A stretch of DNA of 64,000 nt from Paramecium tetraurelia (lineage: Eukaryota): contig CT868649.1 of NCBI GenBank assembly GCA_000165425.1, positions 620,001 to 684,000 of the forward strand. Reading direction: 5' to 3'. The position numbers were made by a program, and so were the translations under genes. Below the pieces are notes generated by a model. That model saw only the letters and a list, made by a program, of their open reading frames with translations, was not told the origin of the DNA and searched no databases. This document shows positions 1 through 11,103 of the stretch, piece after piece. Each line of letters begins with the position of its first letter. Positions within the stretch are counted from its first letter, which is position 1.

Positions 1-214
1 AAAGAGAAATCAATTTAAGTAAATTGAATTTAATTATTAATCCAAATTGCTAAATTTTTGAAATCCCCAGTTCAGGATTATTTTTTCTATTGACAGTCAA
101 TTTAAAGAAGAATAATTAACTTTATGTCTTAAATTGTTATAGAAATTAAAAAGTAATCGCAAAACATTATTTAGCGAGAATTTGAAACTATAATAATTTA
201 AATACACTTAATAA

Positions 215-2240
215 ATGGAAAGATTCCGATATGAATATTAAAGAGCATTAATTCCTTAATACAAAGCAAATTATTTTCATAATTAAAATCTAAAAATAAA
301 TTGAAATAAATTAATACTAATTTTGAAGTTATTGATATGTAGTTCAGGTAAAAACTTTAATATTATTGAATCAAATAATTCAAATATAAAACAACAAATC
401 ACTTTAAGGCAGGCCCACCTTATTAAAAATTAACATTTGATTGATATGGTGGTTGATATGCATTTGGTTGATTTTGAGAGGGAATCTAATACGGATTTTT
501 CGCTTCTTCTGCATTCCATCCAAATTTCTTGCTCTAATGAATGACATTATACAATTTATACAAATAACTACAGCAATATATATATTAGAGCAACGACAAA
601 CAATACAACAGCAGTTGCAATCTACAAAGGAGAAAAAGTTGATATCATTAAAGTGCCCAAACTTGATAAGTTATTCAGAATTACAAGAAACAATACAGTC
701 CTCTTCCAAAGTAACTAGTCAGAAGTTTGAATTTTTAATGAACATATGCAAAACGGAACTCTGCCAAGATCAAAATAGTTCCCATCCATCTAACTCTAAA
801 AGACAAATTTTACATATAATGAATTGTAAGGATAAATTGTTATGGATGTTCAATAGACAAATTTGTAAATCTTGATATTGCCAGAGCTACGATCAAACCT
901 CCACAAATAAGTGTTAGGATTTTTGTTGCACAATGAATATCACATTTCATTGTTTTTTAATAATATAAATTTAAATAAATAATAGAGATTCCTGTCATTG
1001 TTAAAGTAATTAAGGATGAAATCAAATACATTGACCGATCTACTTTTATCTTCTGACAGTAAGGTCAAAATTGAAGATATTTTCCATAAAAGTATTTAGA
1101 GTTTAGAGATAACTTAAATAATTTTATGATCAAACCAAATCAATTATTTCAACCATTTAAATTTAATATATCTACTTATTCTCAATAAAATGTTCAGAAT
1201 TGAAAAATACTTACCTATTGCTAACAAAAATTTTAAAGATACAAATATTTTCCTTTTAATAGAATTGATTTTTTATATTGAAATAAAAAGAAATAAACTC
1301 TTATTTTCTAATATCAAACTTTTAGTTTAAATAATAATCAAACACTTCTGCTATTTAAACACATACTAAAAGATACATTTAGCTTTTATATAATTGAAAA
1401 TGAAGATATATATTTATATAATTGGTAATTGTCAATGTTATGTACTGGATTTAGATTTGAAAGTAGTTGATTTAAACAATTATTAGATAGCAGGTAGTGA
1501 TTCATAGAATTTTAATAATTCTTTTGGAGCTTTTGAATGTAATTCATTTAAATTTATCCAAATAGATTTTGGTTTGAATTTACTAGATTGTTTTATATTA
1601 ACCTATATATTATATAGAATAGAGATTGTACTTTTAATTATTATTATGAAATTCCTTTGATTTTAATAATTCTACCTAATTTTTAGAATGATTAAATTTA
1701 ATGTTCATTTTAAAAAGAACCTCCTTTTTTAGATTAAGGTTATTTCTTTTTTGATTTATTAATAGTTTTCTTATTAACAGTTTTTTTAACAACAATTACA
1801 TTGTCAGATGAATGTTATTCATCAAATTCATCAACAAGTAATTAACAATGTTATAAACTAGATAATGGTTCCCAAGTTAATTCTGAATATCCTTTCCATT
1901 TTACTAAATAATGAGATTCTTAATTTTCAATCTTTTTCATTATTATAGATTCAACTTCATATAAAGGTTATTCACATTCATCTATTTATTCATTTATTGA
2001 TTTTTCATTAGAAAATAGATCTATACTAATTAATTCTATTGTATCTTAAACATCTTCTTAATGCTTTTAAGGTTATGATTTTATTCTCATCCAATTAAAA
2101 ATATTAACATCTCACTATAAATTTCATCATTGCTTTTTAATTTATAATTTATTTAAACATTTAACTATAATATATTATCATTCTAATCATTTACATCCTA
2201 TTCAATATTTCTCTTTATTGTATCCAAATAAATAAAATTA
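215..2240 (+). pseudogene. Probable decayed gene for a large Asn/Ile-rich membrane or surface protein (boundaries approximate)
   Basis: Coding-like stretches in code 6 (e.g. YTNNYSNIYIRATTNNTTAVAIYKGEKVDIIKVPKL) are broken by TGA and frame changes; hydrophobic segment near 2170-2220. Confidence 0.3.
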
Positions 2241-2298
2241 CTATTTTTTATAATAAACTCCAAAGAATTTATAAAAATTTATTATTATTTAAAATTAT

Positions 2299-3033
2299 AT
2301 GTGGCGAGTGGAAATCAACAATTTTCTTGTGAGTTTTTTGGCAGGTGGAGCTTCAACAGGGGTTATTCAGGTTATTTAAACTCCTGTTGATTTAATGAAT
2401 TTAATCATTTACTCTTAAAATCCAAATCACCCTATTACATTTATTTGTATATTTTAAATATATCATGTCAGAGAGACTTTTTTGCTATTTTCGATTACTT
2501 CAAGAAGATGGAATAATAACTTATTTATTTAAAAGCGGGTCTTAGAAAATCATGAGAAGTGCTTTATTATCTGGAGTACATTTTTCAGTTAAAGATACAT
2601 TAAAGAGCTTGCTGTTATCAAATACTGAAATATAAAACAACACAAAAAAGTTTCTCTTTAAATTACTTTAGGCTATTTTATGGTACCCTAATTAATGGTG
2701 GAATTTCAGGAATAGTAGGAATGCTGACTGTGTATCTTCTTGATTTCAAAATGATAATGTAGATGAATAATGCTGGACCACAGTCTAATAGAAATTCAAC
2801 ACGCTAAAATTAAATTAAATAAGTATTTATTGGATTGGGCTTGTCCATACCAGGAGTTTTTGTTTATAGAGCTCTTTATTTTGGGTAAATTTCATTATGA
2901 TTCCTAAGGTGTTACGATACTGGAAAATAGATTTTTTGGGGAAAGACATTAAAATAATATAAAGCTCCCTTTTTCTTGAAATTTTTACTTGCTTACTTAT
3001 CTTCTTTTATTGCCAGTTCTTTCTCTTTGCCTT
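2299..3033 (+). CDS. Highly divergent ADP/ATP carrier-like mitochondrial carrier (3' end lost in gap)
   Basis: Open frame after removing introns 2447-2471, 2650-2671 and 2885-2908: NNFLVSFLAGGAS...FSVKD...GGISG...[17 protein letters not shown]. Intron positions and phases match the ANT at 21106-22137. Confidence 0.85.
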
Positions 3034-3183
3034 NNNNNNNNNNNNNNNNNNNNNNNNNNNNNNNNNNNNNNNNNNNNNNNNNNNNNNNNNNNNNNNNNNN
3101 NNNNNNNNNNNNNNNNNNNNNNNNNNNNNNNNNNNNNNNNNNNNNNNNNNNNNNNNNNNNNNNNNNNNNNNNNNNNNNNNNNN
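3034..3183. other. Assembly gap (150 N)
   Basis: Run of N; true size unknown. Confidence 1.
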
Positions 3184-3308
3184 TATTCAATATTTCTCAA
3201 ATCTACATTTCCCTATTTTTTATCTATATATTACTCTATAATATTTATTTCTAGCTGCAAAATCTCTATTATATTGAATTATAACTGCAAAATCATCTCT
3301 TGATTCAT
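3184..3308 (-). CDS. 5' part of a hypothetical gene running into the gap
   Basis: MNQEMILQLQFNIIEILQLEINIIEQYIDKKQGNVDLRNIE, with a 30-nt internal duplication. Confidence 0.3.
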
Positions 3309-3461
3309 TTAATTTAATAGGCGATCTCAGAAAAAAAAGGCGAACTCACAAAATTTCTAAGAATTGATTATATAGAATAGAAAACAATTCGCTAATTCAT
3401 CAATTAGAAATGGGTTACTTAATTTTTTTTTAAGTTTACAATTTTATTAATAAATAATTAA

Positions 3462-4352
3462 TCAAACACGGAACTTATCTCCACAGTTAAAACATTCAAA
3501 GAATTTAGTTGTAGGTTCATCAGCACATCTGGTTTGCTTTTCATCTACTAAGTATACTTTTTTTTGATGACATCCTCTACATTATTTACCCTCAACTCCA
3601 TCCATTTCTCTTTTAGAGATCTCTTTGTAGAAGCCTATTTGATTAATTTCAAGTTCTTCCTTTTGGGCAGCCTATTGATTTAGTTTAGTTTTTTCATCAA
3701 TCCAATCCTCAGATTTCAATTAAGCTGCTTGTTCATAGGATAAGCTTTTATTGAACACTCTAATAAGTACATCCCCAGTCTTATCTCTTTTCATAAATTG
3801 CAATAGGGTTTTAATATCCATTTCATAAGTCATTTTTCTGGAATCTTTATAAAAATTCCTCAAATATATTTCTTTCTCTAAACCTATAGTAACAGCTTTA
3901 ATTTTATCAATTGAAATTAATTGTTCTTTGTTGGTCTAATCCCAGTTTTTGAATATATGTAAAATTAGATTGCTTATTAGATTTAGGTTTTGTATTCTAT
4001 CAACATATCCTGTATATTATTGCTAGTATCCAGCAAATAAATTATGTTTTTTCATTGGTTCTGGTTTTTCTTTTTCCACTTCCATTTGCAATGGTTATCT
4101 CAATATTTTAAGTATTGATTTGGCTTTATTAATCATTTTTTCATAATCATATGATTTATAGATGCTATTTGGTGGTATTTCTTGTAATTAAGCTAATTTT
4201 TGGACTGCTAATAAAAATTTCTGATGTACAATTCTGTTTTAACCAAAATTCTGAGTGCCTATTTAATCCAGTAAATTATAGACGGCTGTTGGTGATGATT
4301 TCTTCCAATCATTTAGTTTCTTTAAAATTTAAGTCAAGTCAACTTTATCCAT
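3462..4352 (-). pseudogene. TFIIS-family elongation factor with an in-frame TGA at 4134-4136 (pseudogene or assembly error)
   Basis: C-terminal Zn ribbon CRGC...EKQTRCADEPTTKFFECFNCG; 891 nt from ATG to TGA in one frame, with a single internal TGA next to an A5 run. Confidence 0.75.
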
Positions 4353-4450
4353 AATAAAATAAAAAATGTAGCTTAAATTTGAGTTAATTCTTGAAATAGT
4401 AAATTAATCATTGAAATAAAATGCCAAAAAAAGATAAATATATAATCCAA

Positions 4451-5719
4451 TCAAGTTAAACGTTAAACCTATAAAGGTGCCGAATTTCGATTTGCTCTAA
4501 GTTCTTATAAGAAAAACTCAACATTCTAGACTAGTAAATTAAAATGATGAGCAACAGTTGTTGCACCCAGGAAATCAGAAATATCTGTCTTTTCTGGTCT
4601 TAAGAAACATGGGGCAAATACAATTGATAAATTACGAAGTCCCATCTAAATTCACAATAACAATTACCAAATTCTCTGATTCATAATCTGCTACATGATA
4701 CAACAATTCAGCAATTCTTTTGGTAGTTTTACGATTGACTTCTGGCATATAAGCGAAAAATACTTAAAACATCTCTAATAACTTCTCTACACTGGTATTA
4801 GCTAATTTAAGAAAAGGTAAATACTTTAAGTTTCCTTAAGAATGTCATACATTTCAAATGGAAATATTGGTTTTTTTAATTAGCTTAGTAGATTCTTAAA
4901 TACAGTTGATACAACATCAGGATCATAATCCTCAATAACCGAATAATTTCTGACTTTAAACTATTAAATTAATCTCTATTCCTATTAAACTGATCCAGAA
5001 ATCCTAAATACACCTAAAATATTGAATTAATAACAGATTATACCTTATTTTCTGAGATAATCATCATGTCTCTCATAATATTGTAAGATTACTTCTAAAC
5101 ACTCTGGTACTCCTGTGTTTGCTCTTGGGTACTCTGATATATCTTTACCATAAAAAGGAGCTTCTTCTTAATACCTACTATTTATCCTAGATAAAAACTC
5201 CACCTAATTTTATGTTAGATCAATATTATGAGTAATTATTTGATTTAATCTACATATTACATCTTGATACCTCAAAATCAGATGAACTTTATTAGTTAAA
5301 CATGATTGCCACACTCTTGGTATCACATTAACTAATTATGTAATTTAGATTTTATCGCTTATAACAATTAATTTTTCTATTCTCTAAAATTATTGTAAGG
5401 GAATATTTCTCTCAATAAACTAAAAATGATACTTGCAGAATGTACTCAGAATTTATTTTACTTCATTAATTTCTAATGGCAATGGCTATTAGTTACAAAT
5501 AACCCAAGTATATGGACTAATTGTAATACATCAAATACTGAAAGGCATTGATTGTCGATAAATACTAAGTCATCATTAAACTAACTTCTTTCATGTCTTA
5601 TATTTGATTTAAGATAAATATATAGATTGGCTGATCTCCGTTAAGTAACACTGGAATAATCAAAAAAAGATACCTGCTTTAAGAAATCCAGGAAGTATAT
5701 AACACTTTTGCTATTGCAT
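4451..5719 (-). CDS. RhoGAP protein with an N-terminal BCH/Sec14-like region
   Basis: GVPECLE...GVFRISGS (Arg finger), DPDVVSTVFKNLL..LKKPIFP, NLMGLRNLSIVFAPCFLRP; about 7 short introns give a continuous frame. Confidence 0.85.
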
Positions 5720-5749
5720 TTTTAATAAATTATATTCTGATTTAAATTT

Positions 5750-6633
5750 ATATTTACATCTTATCTAATATCCTTGCTTCAAGTTCCATTCTGCATTTGC
5801 TTATTTTGTAGGGTATTTGGAGATTCAAAAAATTTATAGAAATCTTGCTTTTAAATGCTATAGGAAGAATAATTTAAAAAATTCACATGCGATAAAAAGG
5901 ATGGACTTTATTATAATTTTTATAAAGTATTCAGGATTGAGTAAATCTAATTATTTTATTTAATGTTGATTTATACAGCTTGAATCATGATTTATTGAGA
6001 AACCTACGTTAATAAAGAAGTTATATGATTAAAAATAGTTATAATTTTCGAGATAGAATGTTTCAGCATTTGATTATCATCATTGATTAAATAATCAGTT
6101 GCTCTCTCTTTCTAAGAAAACAGATAATTTTTTCACTGAAATATGGGATTCAAGACACAAAAATACTTATGCATTTAAGAAAAATTATTAAGATTTAAAC
6201 TAATAAATTGAGGAAGTTTTTTAAATATCATAAAAATTGAAGAAGGAATTTCTTTAAAGAATTTAATGGATGATTAGATACTAAAAAAGATTTATTGATT
6301 AATTTATCTAGATGAAATTAATAAAATAATATATCATACGAATAAATTAAGTAATTATTCAATAGAAAGGAATTTAGAACTAATTAATAAAAGAATGTGT
6401 AGTTCAGATAAATTTAGACAAATAATTAATAAGAATATTTAAAATAATACTATGTACCAATTATTTACTAGATATTTGCTATGAGTCTGAAATAATAAAA
6501 TTAAACAGAATTCTCAGATCAATGTTCAGTGTTGATATATGATCATTAAGAAGGACCAAAGATTGTTGAAACATTATTAGATGAATAATGGAGATGGGAT
6601 TATGTTGACAAATTTTTGCAAATATTTAAGTGA
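5750..6633 (+). pseudogene. Probable decayed gene remnant of unknown function (boundaries approximate)
   Basis: Coding-like segments in shifting frames with TGAs I could not resolve by introns; ends ...EQWRWDYVDKFLQIFK-TGA. Confidence 0.25.
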
Positions 6634-6664
6634 TTTATTATTATTTAAATTTGAATATAATAAA

Positions 6665-7769
6665 ATGCTTGATTACGCGGGTATTATAAGTTTGAAAAGG
6701 GAGCAATTCCATGTGAACATCCGAAAACAAAGAAATGAAAAACAGTTCAAGGAATCAAGAAAAAATTATATTCAATTCCTGTTTTCTCAATAGACATAAA
6801 TGTAGGAGATGTCCAATTCGCTCCGAGAGAAACTTGAGAAAGGAGAAAATCTTCAAGGAGAGGTCTTGTAAATGATGGTAGATAAAATTTTTGATGTGCT
6901 GTAAAAGGATAATAATCTAAATCTGTTGGATGTACATTTGTGATTTAATTTAGACAATCGATGCTGCAGTATGGATGTTGAAATCGGTTGATGAGTAGAC
7001 TTACGAGGATGAGTTAAGCGATAATTTGAGGATGTTAAAAATAGTGGAGAAGATGATACTATATTCATAAGGATATGAGATTGATAATGAGCCACTCAAT
7101 TCATAGATCATTATTTATGCTGCTAAAGTTAGTTTATTGTATTAAGTAGTTCCTGAAATATTGGACTTAAATGGAGGATAAATCATTAAATCTTAAGTTT
7201 GGGGAAATGGCAGAAACAGTGTATTTCTTGTTAAGTAAATAAGAATAGATGTTTATCAAGAGAGGTGCAGATATATTGTATAACATGGCATTAATTGATA
7301 ATGGCTAGATTTTAATTAAGTTACATGAGCTATTAATTTTTGGTCAGAAATTAGTGAACCAATTTGCACTATCTTAAATACAAGTCATAATACAAAGGTA
7401 TTGGGCACTTTGTGGAGAATAGTTTTATAAACATTTTTAGATTAAGATAAGAATGGATAGCAGTTATATATCAATTTTAACATGATTGAAAATCAATAAC
7501 AAATTAGCTTTTTTAATTTATTGATAAATTAGGTGTTGGAATCTGAACAACAGAATCGAAAATTGTTTAAGAATTAAATGCATTTGGTTCAGCATATACT
7601 TGATTATTATTAATCAGATAATGAATAAATCTATGAAGAGTTCAAGCAATTACTAATTACATCTCAATTTTCAGTTAAATTGAAAAATCTCTGGCTATTT
7701 CATAAATGGAATTCCATAGCAACCATAGCACATGAAATTTAGACGCATTTAGAAGAATAATAACTATGA
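6665..7769 (+). CDS. Divergent importin-alpha-like (IBB plus helical repeat) protein
   Basis: IBB-like N-terminus LKREQFHVNIRKQRNEKQFKESR; two 22-nt introns; needs a 35-nt intron (7320-7354) or a 1-nt indel to stay in frame. Confidence 0.55.
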
Positions 7770-7771
7770 AT

Positions 7772-8326
7772 TCAATAAACAGTTTTGTTTTTCGTTTTTT
7801 ATTTTAACTTCATTCTAAAATTATTCCAAACCTGTTATTTTTCATCAGATTGGAGAAGTTTAATATTCTAACCGATCACATTATAGTTCAGAATCTCTTC
7901 GTTTCTATTCTTCTATATTACTTTATAATAGTCAGTCCAAGTTAATGAGTTATTATTATTATTTTACGATTTTTGGAAAAGAGCCTTAACACAAGAGTTT
8001 CTATATTTTTAAGTGGAATTTTTTCGAGGAGAAAGACTACTCATCTAAAATGATTGTATATAGGATTTTATTTCGATCTTAGGACAACTATCTTGATGAC
8101 TAGGATTAGATGTTTCGATTGATCTTCTTCTAGTTTGAGTAGCTGTTCTGATTGGAGTTTTGATTTGCATTTTTTTGGGAGAGACTTATTTTCGATCTTA
8201 CTTGAAAATATTATCGTAGTTTCCTATCCATGGTTCAACATTTAACGGATTCGAGGTCTTTTTGTTAACATTGCTCCATTCTTCATCAATATTTAGTAAT
8301 GTAAATTACGGATCATTACAAAACAT
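7772..8326 (-). CDS. Hypothetical basic Ser/Gln-rich protein, 184 aa
   Basis: Uninterrupted 555-nt code-6 ORF, MFCNDPQFTLL...KNKTVY-TGA. Confidence 0.65.
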
Positions 8327-8343
8327 TAATTAATAATAATCAC

Positions 8344-9520
8344 ATGGAAATAAAGGTCCTGTAGAAAGACTATTCAAAATAATGTTACAAATAATTCACA
8401 CAATTTAACATCTCCATAATCAGGAGGTTTTAAAATCTCTAAATCCCTCTAAAGTAACTTTATGAACCTGAACCAAGAGCATATATTCGAAATCTATCAG
8501 TATGAAATCTGCAATTAGATTATTTAACCAAATTCAAAAAAGCTTAAGAACAAGACAAACCCCCTCTTGATATTGGACTGATTAGAAAAAATCTCCAGCA
8601 TTTACTTTCTAATATAAATTCGAAAATACAGGAAATGATGTTCTAAAAACTCCAGGGCCTTTTCATTAAGATTTTAAGGAAATTCATTCTTTTTAATCTA
8701 CTAATAAAGTTTTTACAACAAGCGACCGTTTTTATATTGAATTTTCTAATAGACCAGGACTTGGTTCTTATAATTTAGAAACTCTTAAAACAAAAAATAG
8801 TATTAAGTAAGTGTCTCATAGAGGACTATTGATAGAGCTAATCCGACTTTTGGACCTGGAGCTTTTCTGGCAATTATAATAAATAAGTAAGGGGTTCAGT
8901 TGAAAGAAATTATAAGTTCAGAGTGAAAAATAGTTTGTCCCTAGACCCAGCACATATCAATTAAAATCCATTTGCTGAGTAACTAAGTATTATTTATTTT
9001 TGATGAATTTAGGATTGAGATCTCTAATAGAGGTCGAATGCATTGTTAATAGGATCCTTCTCCTTTAAATTATAATATTTCTCAATATAAACCTCTATCA
9101 AAATATTGAAGCCTCGTAATTGATGAAAAGGAAAAAATGCAAGAGTGAAAATACAACGAAAGCAGGATCTTATATTTGGGAGTGAGTCTTACTAAACTAG
9201 GATCAATAATTGGCAAGTTTTCAAAAGAATAAATTGTAACTCATGATTCTTTACCTGTAGTTTAGATATTGATTTTAGGGTCCAGAAAATACAACTTAAA
9301 TGATACTAACTGAAGAGGACCCAGTTATCATATTGCAGGCAAGTATGGAGAAACATTAAGAGCAACCAAAATTAAGGCCAGAAAGATATCAGATCAATAA
9401 AGATATTACACTTGAACCAAAATTTACATTTTCTAAAAAAGAAAAGACGGGTTCTTTAGAACAATCATAACTATAATATTATGAAATTGAATCTAGCCTA
9501 GGATTTATGCCAAAGTATTT
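8344..9520 (+). pseudogene. Decayed SHIPPO/ODF3-like PG-repeat ciliary protein (end approximate)
   Basis: Degenerate PGPGxY repeats (TPGPFH, RPGLGSYNL, FGPGAF, VPRPSTYQ, PSPLNYNI) in changing frames with TGAs. Confidence 0.5.
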
Positions 9521-9578
9521 ATAATATAATTGTATATGTTTTTAATACTATGTATAAAACGGATCATTAATAAAATAA

Positions 9579-10372
9579 ATGAGAATTGCTATATTGGCTC
9601 TTGTAGTTATTTGTGCATTATGTGGTCACAACATGAGACATAAGAAGAGGTATGTCTTATTAAATAGACAAGCACTGTAGGAGAAGTTCATGATTTAAGC
9701 AATAATGTTGGAGTAATCAGTTAATCAGAAGTCTAAGTATCACCACCTCTTACAAAATAATAATTTTAAATTAATAAGGCTGCTAAATAAACCACTCAAG
9801 CAATTGAATAAGCACTTAAGCATTCAACAGAAACAACTTTACTCGAAGTTGAACAATCTTTTAATGATGATGTGATCGATAATATTCCTTAATTTGAAGA
9901 AACCATAGATTAAATGTCAAGTGTAAAACCAGAAGATGTCTATTCAAATGATGGCAATTCACCAGATATGGGTAAGACTGCTGAAAATTTCAATGGATCA
10001 GAGGCTCCAATGGCATCTGAAGATAATTAAACTACTCCTTAAGAAGAGTATTATGCTACCGAAACTCTTATCACTAATGAAGATGTCTCATTAATTCAAT
10101 TAGGAGAAATCGATGCGCTGGCAGATATTGATACAAGCATGCCCTTGTTTGATGAAGACTTCAAAATTGATGAACAAGCTCTTCAAGAAACCCCATTGAA
10201 TGTTGGAGTTGATGATATCCCTGAGGTTCAAGTTGACTCTGCTTAAAATGAGGAAATATCAGCTGATTTGGAAAGATAAACGAATGAAATGACTGAGGCC
10301 TTAATGAATGATTAAGATATTATGATAAATGAAGTTTAGCTCATTTAAGTTGCTGATAGAGGATTCTATTGA
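9579..10372 (+). CDS. Secreted acidic protein, 256 aa
   Basis: Signal peptide MRIAILALVVICALCG; one 23-nt intron; very D/E-rich body; length minus intron is 771 nt. Confidence 0.8.
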
Positions 10373-10410
10373 TTAATATATTCAATAATATAAAGATATA
10401 TCTTTAAAAA

Positions 10411-11076
10411 ATGATTAATAATTATAATTCAAGTGATCATAAGTTGTATCAATATATTTTAAAGATGAAAAGATTTTGAATGGAATATTTTCTAACTTAC
10501 CGCTTTTTATGATATTAAATCTGACCTTAAATAGATTAGTAAGGGGGGAATCAGGATCGAGTGTAATGATACACTCTTTACTTGCAGAATTGCTTTGTAT
10601 GAATGATAGAAATTTTTAGTTCATTTACTTCATCAATTGTTATATTTTGCATACGATGAAAATTTCATGAATATGGAAATATATGGCCACTTAATTTGTA
10701 CATTGTTTATTGCCATGGGGAATATTTTTTATGTAAAGATAGAGAGAGATTTTCGATATTAGGAAAGAGTATCTGAAATCAAAATCACGAATCACTCAAT
10801 CTACAATTGCTATCCCTATTACTATCTTAAGATTTTGCTTAGTAGTTTATGAAATACAAATGATAATCCAAATTGGATACTATATTCTATGAAAGTACTT
10901 AATAGTGTACTATTAACAATTTAATTAATTTATGCGATTAAAAGATCTCAAACCACATCATACTAACGTTTTCCATTAATCCAAAAACTTTACATAGATT
11001 TAGTTTGTACTTTAGGACTAGATAAATCTTTTGCCACATCAAGTGGTTTTAGAAGAATAAAAAAGGATTTAAATGA
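10411..11076 (+). pseudogene. Possible decayed membrane-protein gene (boundaries approximate)
   Basis: Hydrophobic coding-like pieces; every frame has TGAs not removed by plausible introns. Confidence 0.25.
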
Positions 11077-11103
11077 TCACAAAGTTAATCAATTAATTAT
11101 AAA

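Noticed and set aside
2976..3303. ORFs spanning the N run
   Set aside because: Artefacts of the gap; continuity cannot be assessed
4451..5719. Idea that TGA is read as Trp (context-dependent code), prompted by apparent in-frame TGAs
   Set aside because: In the RhoGAP, K+ channel and HK genes the TGAs vanish once short introns are removed; conserved Trp in ANT, cystinosin and MCU use TGG
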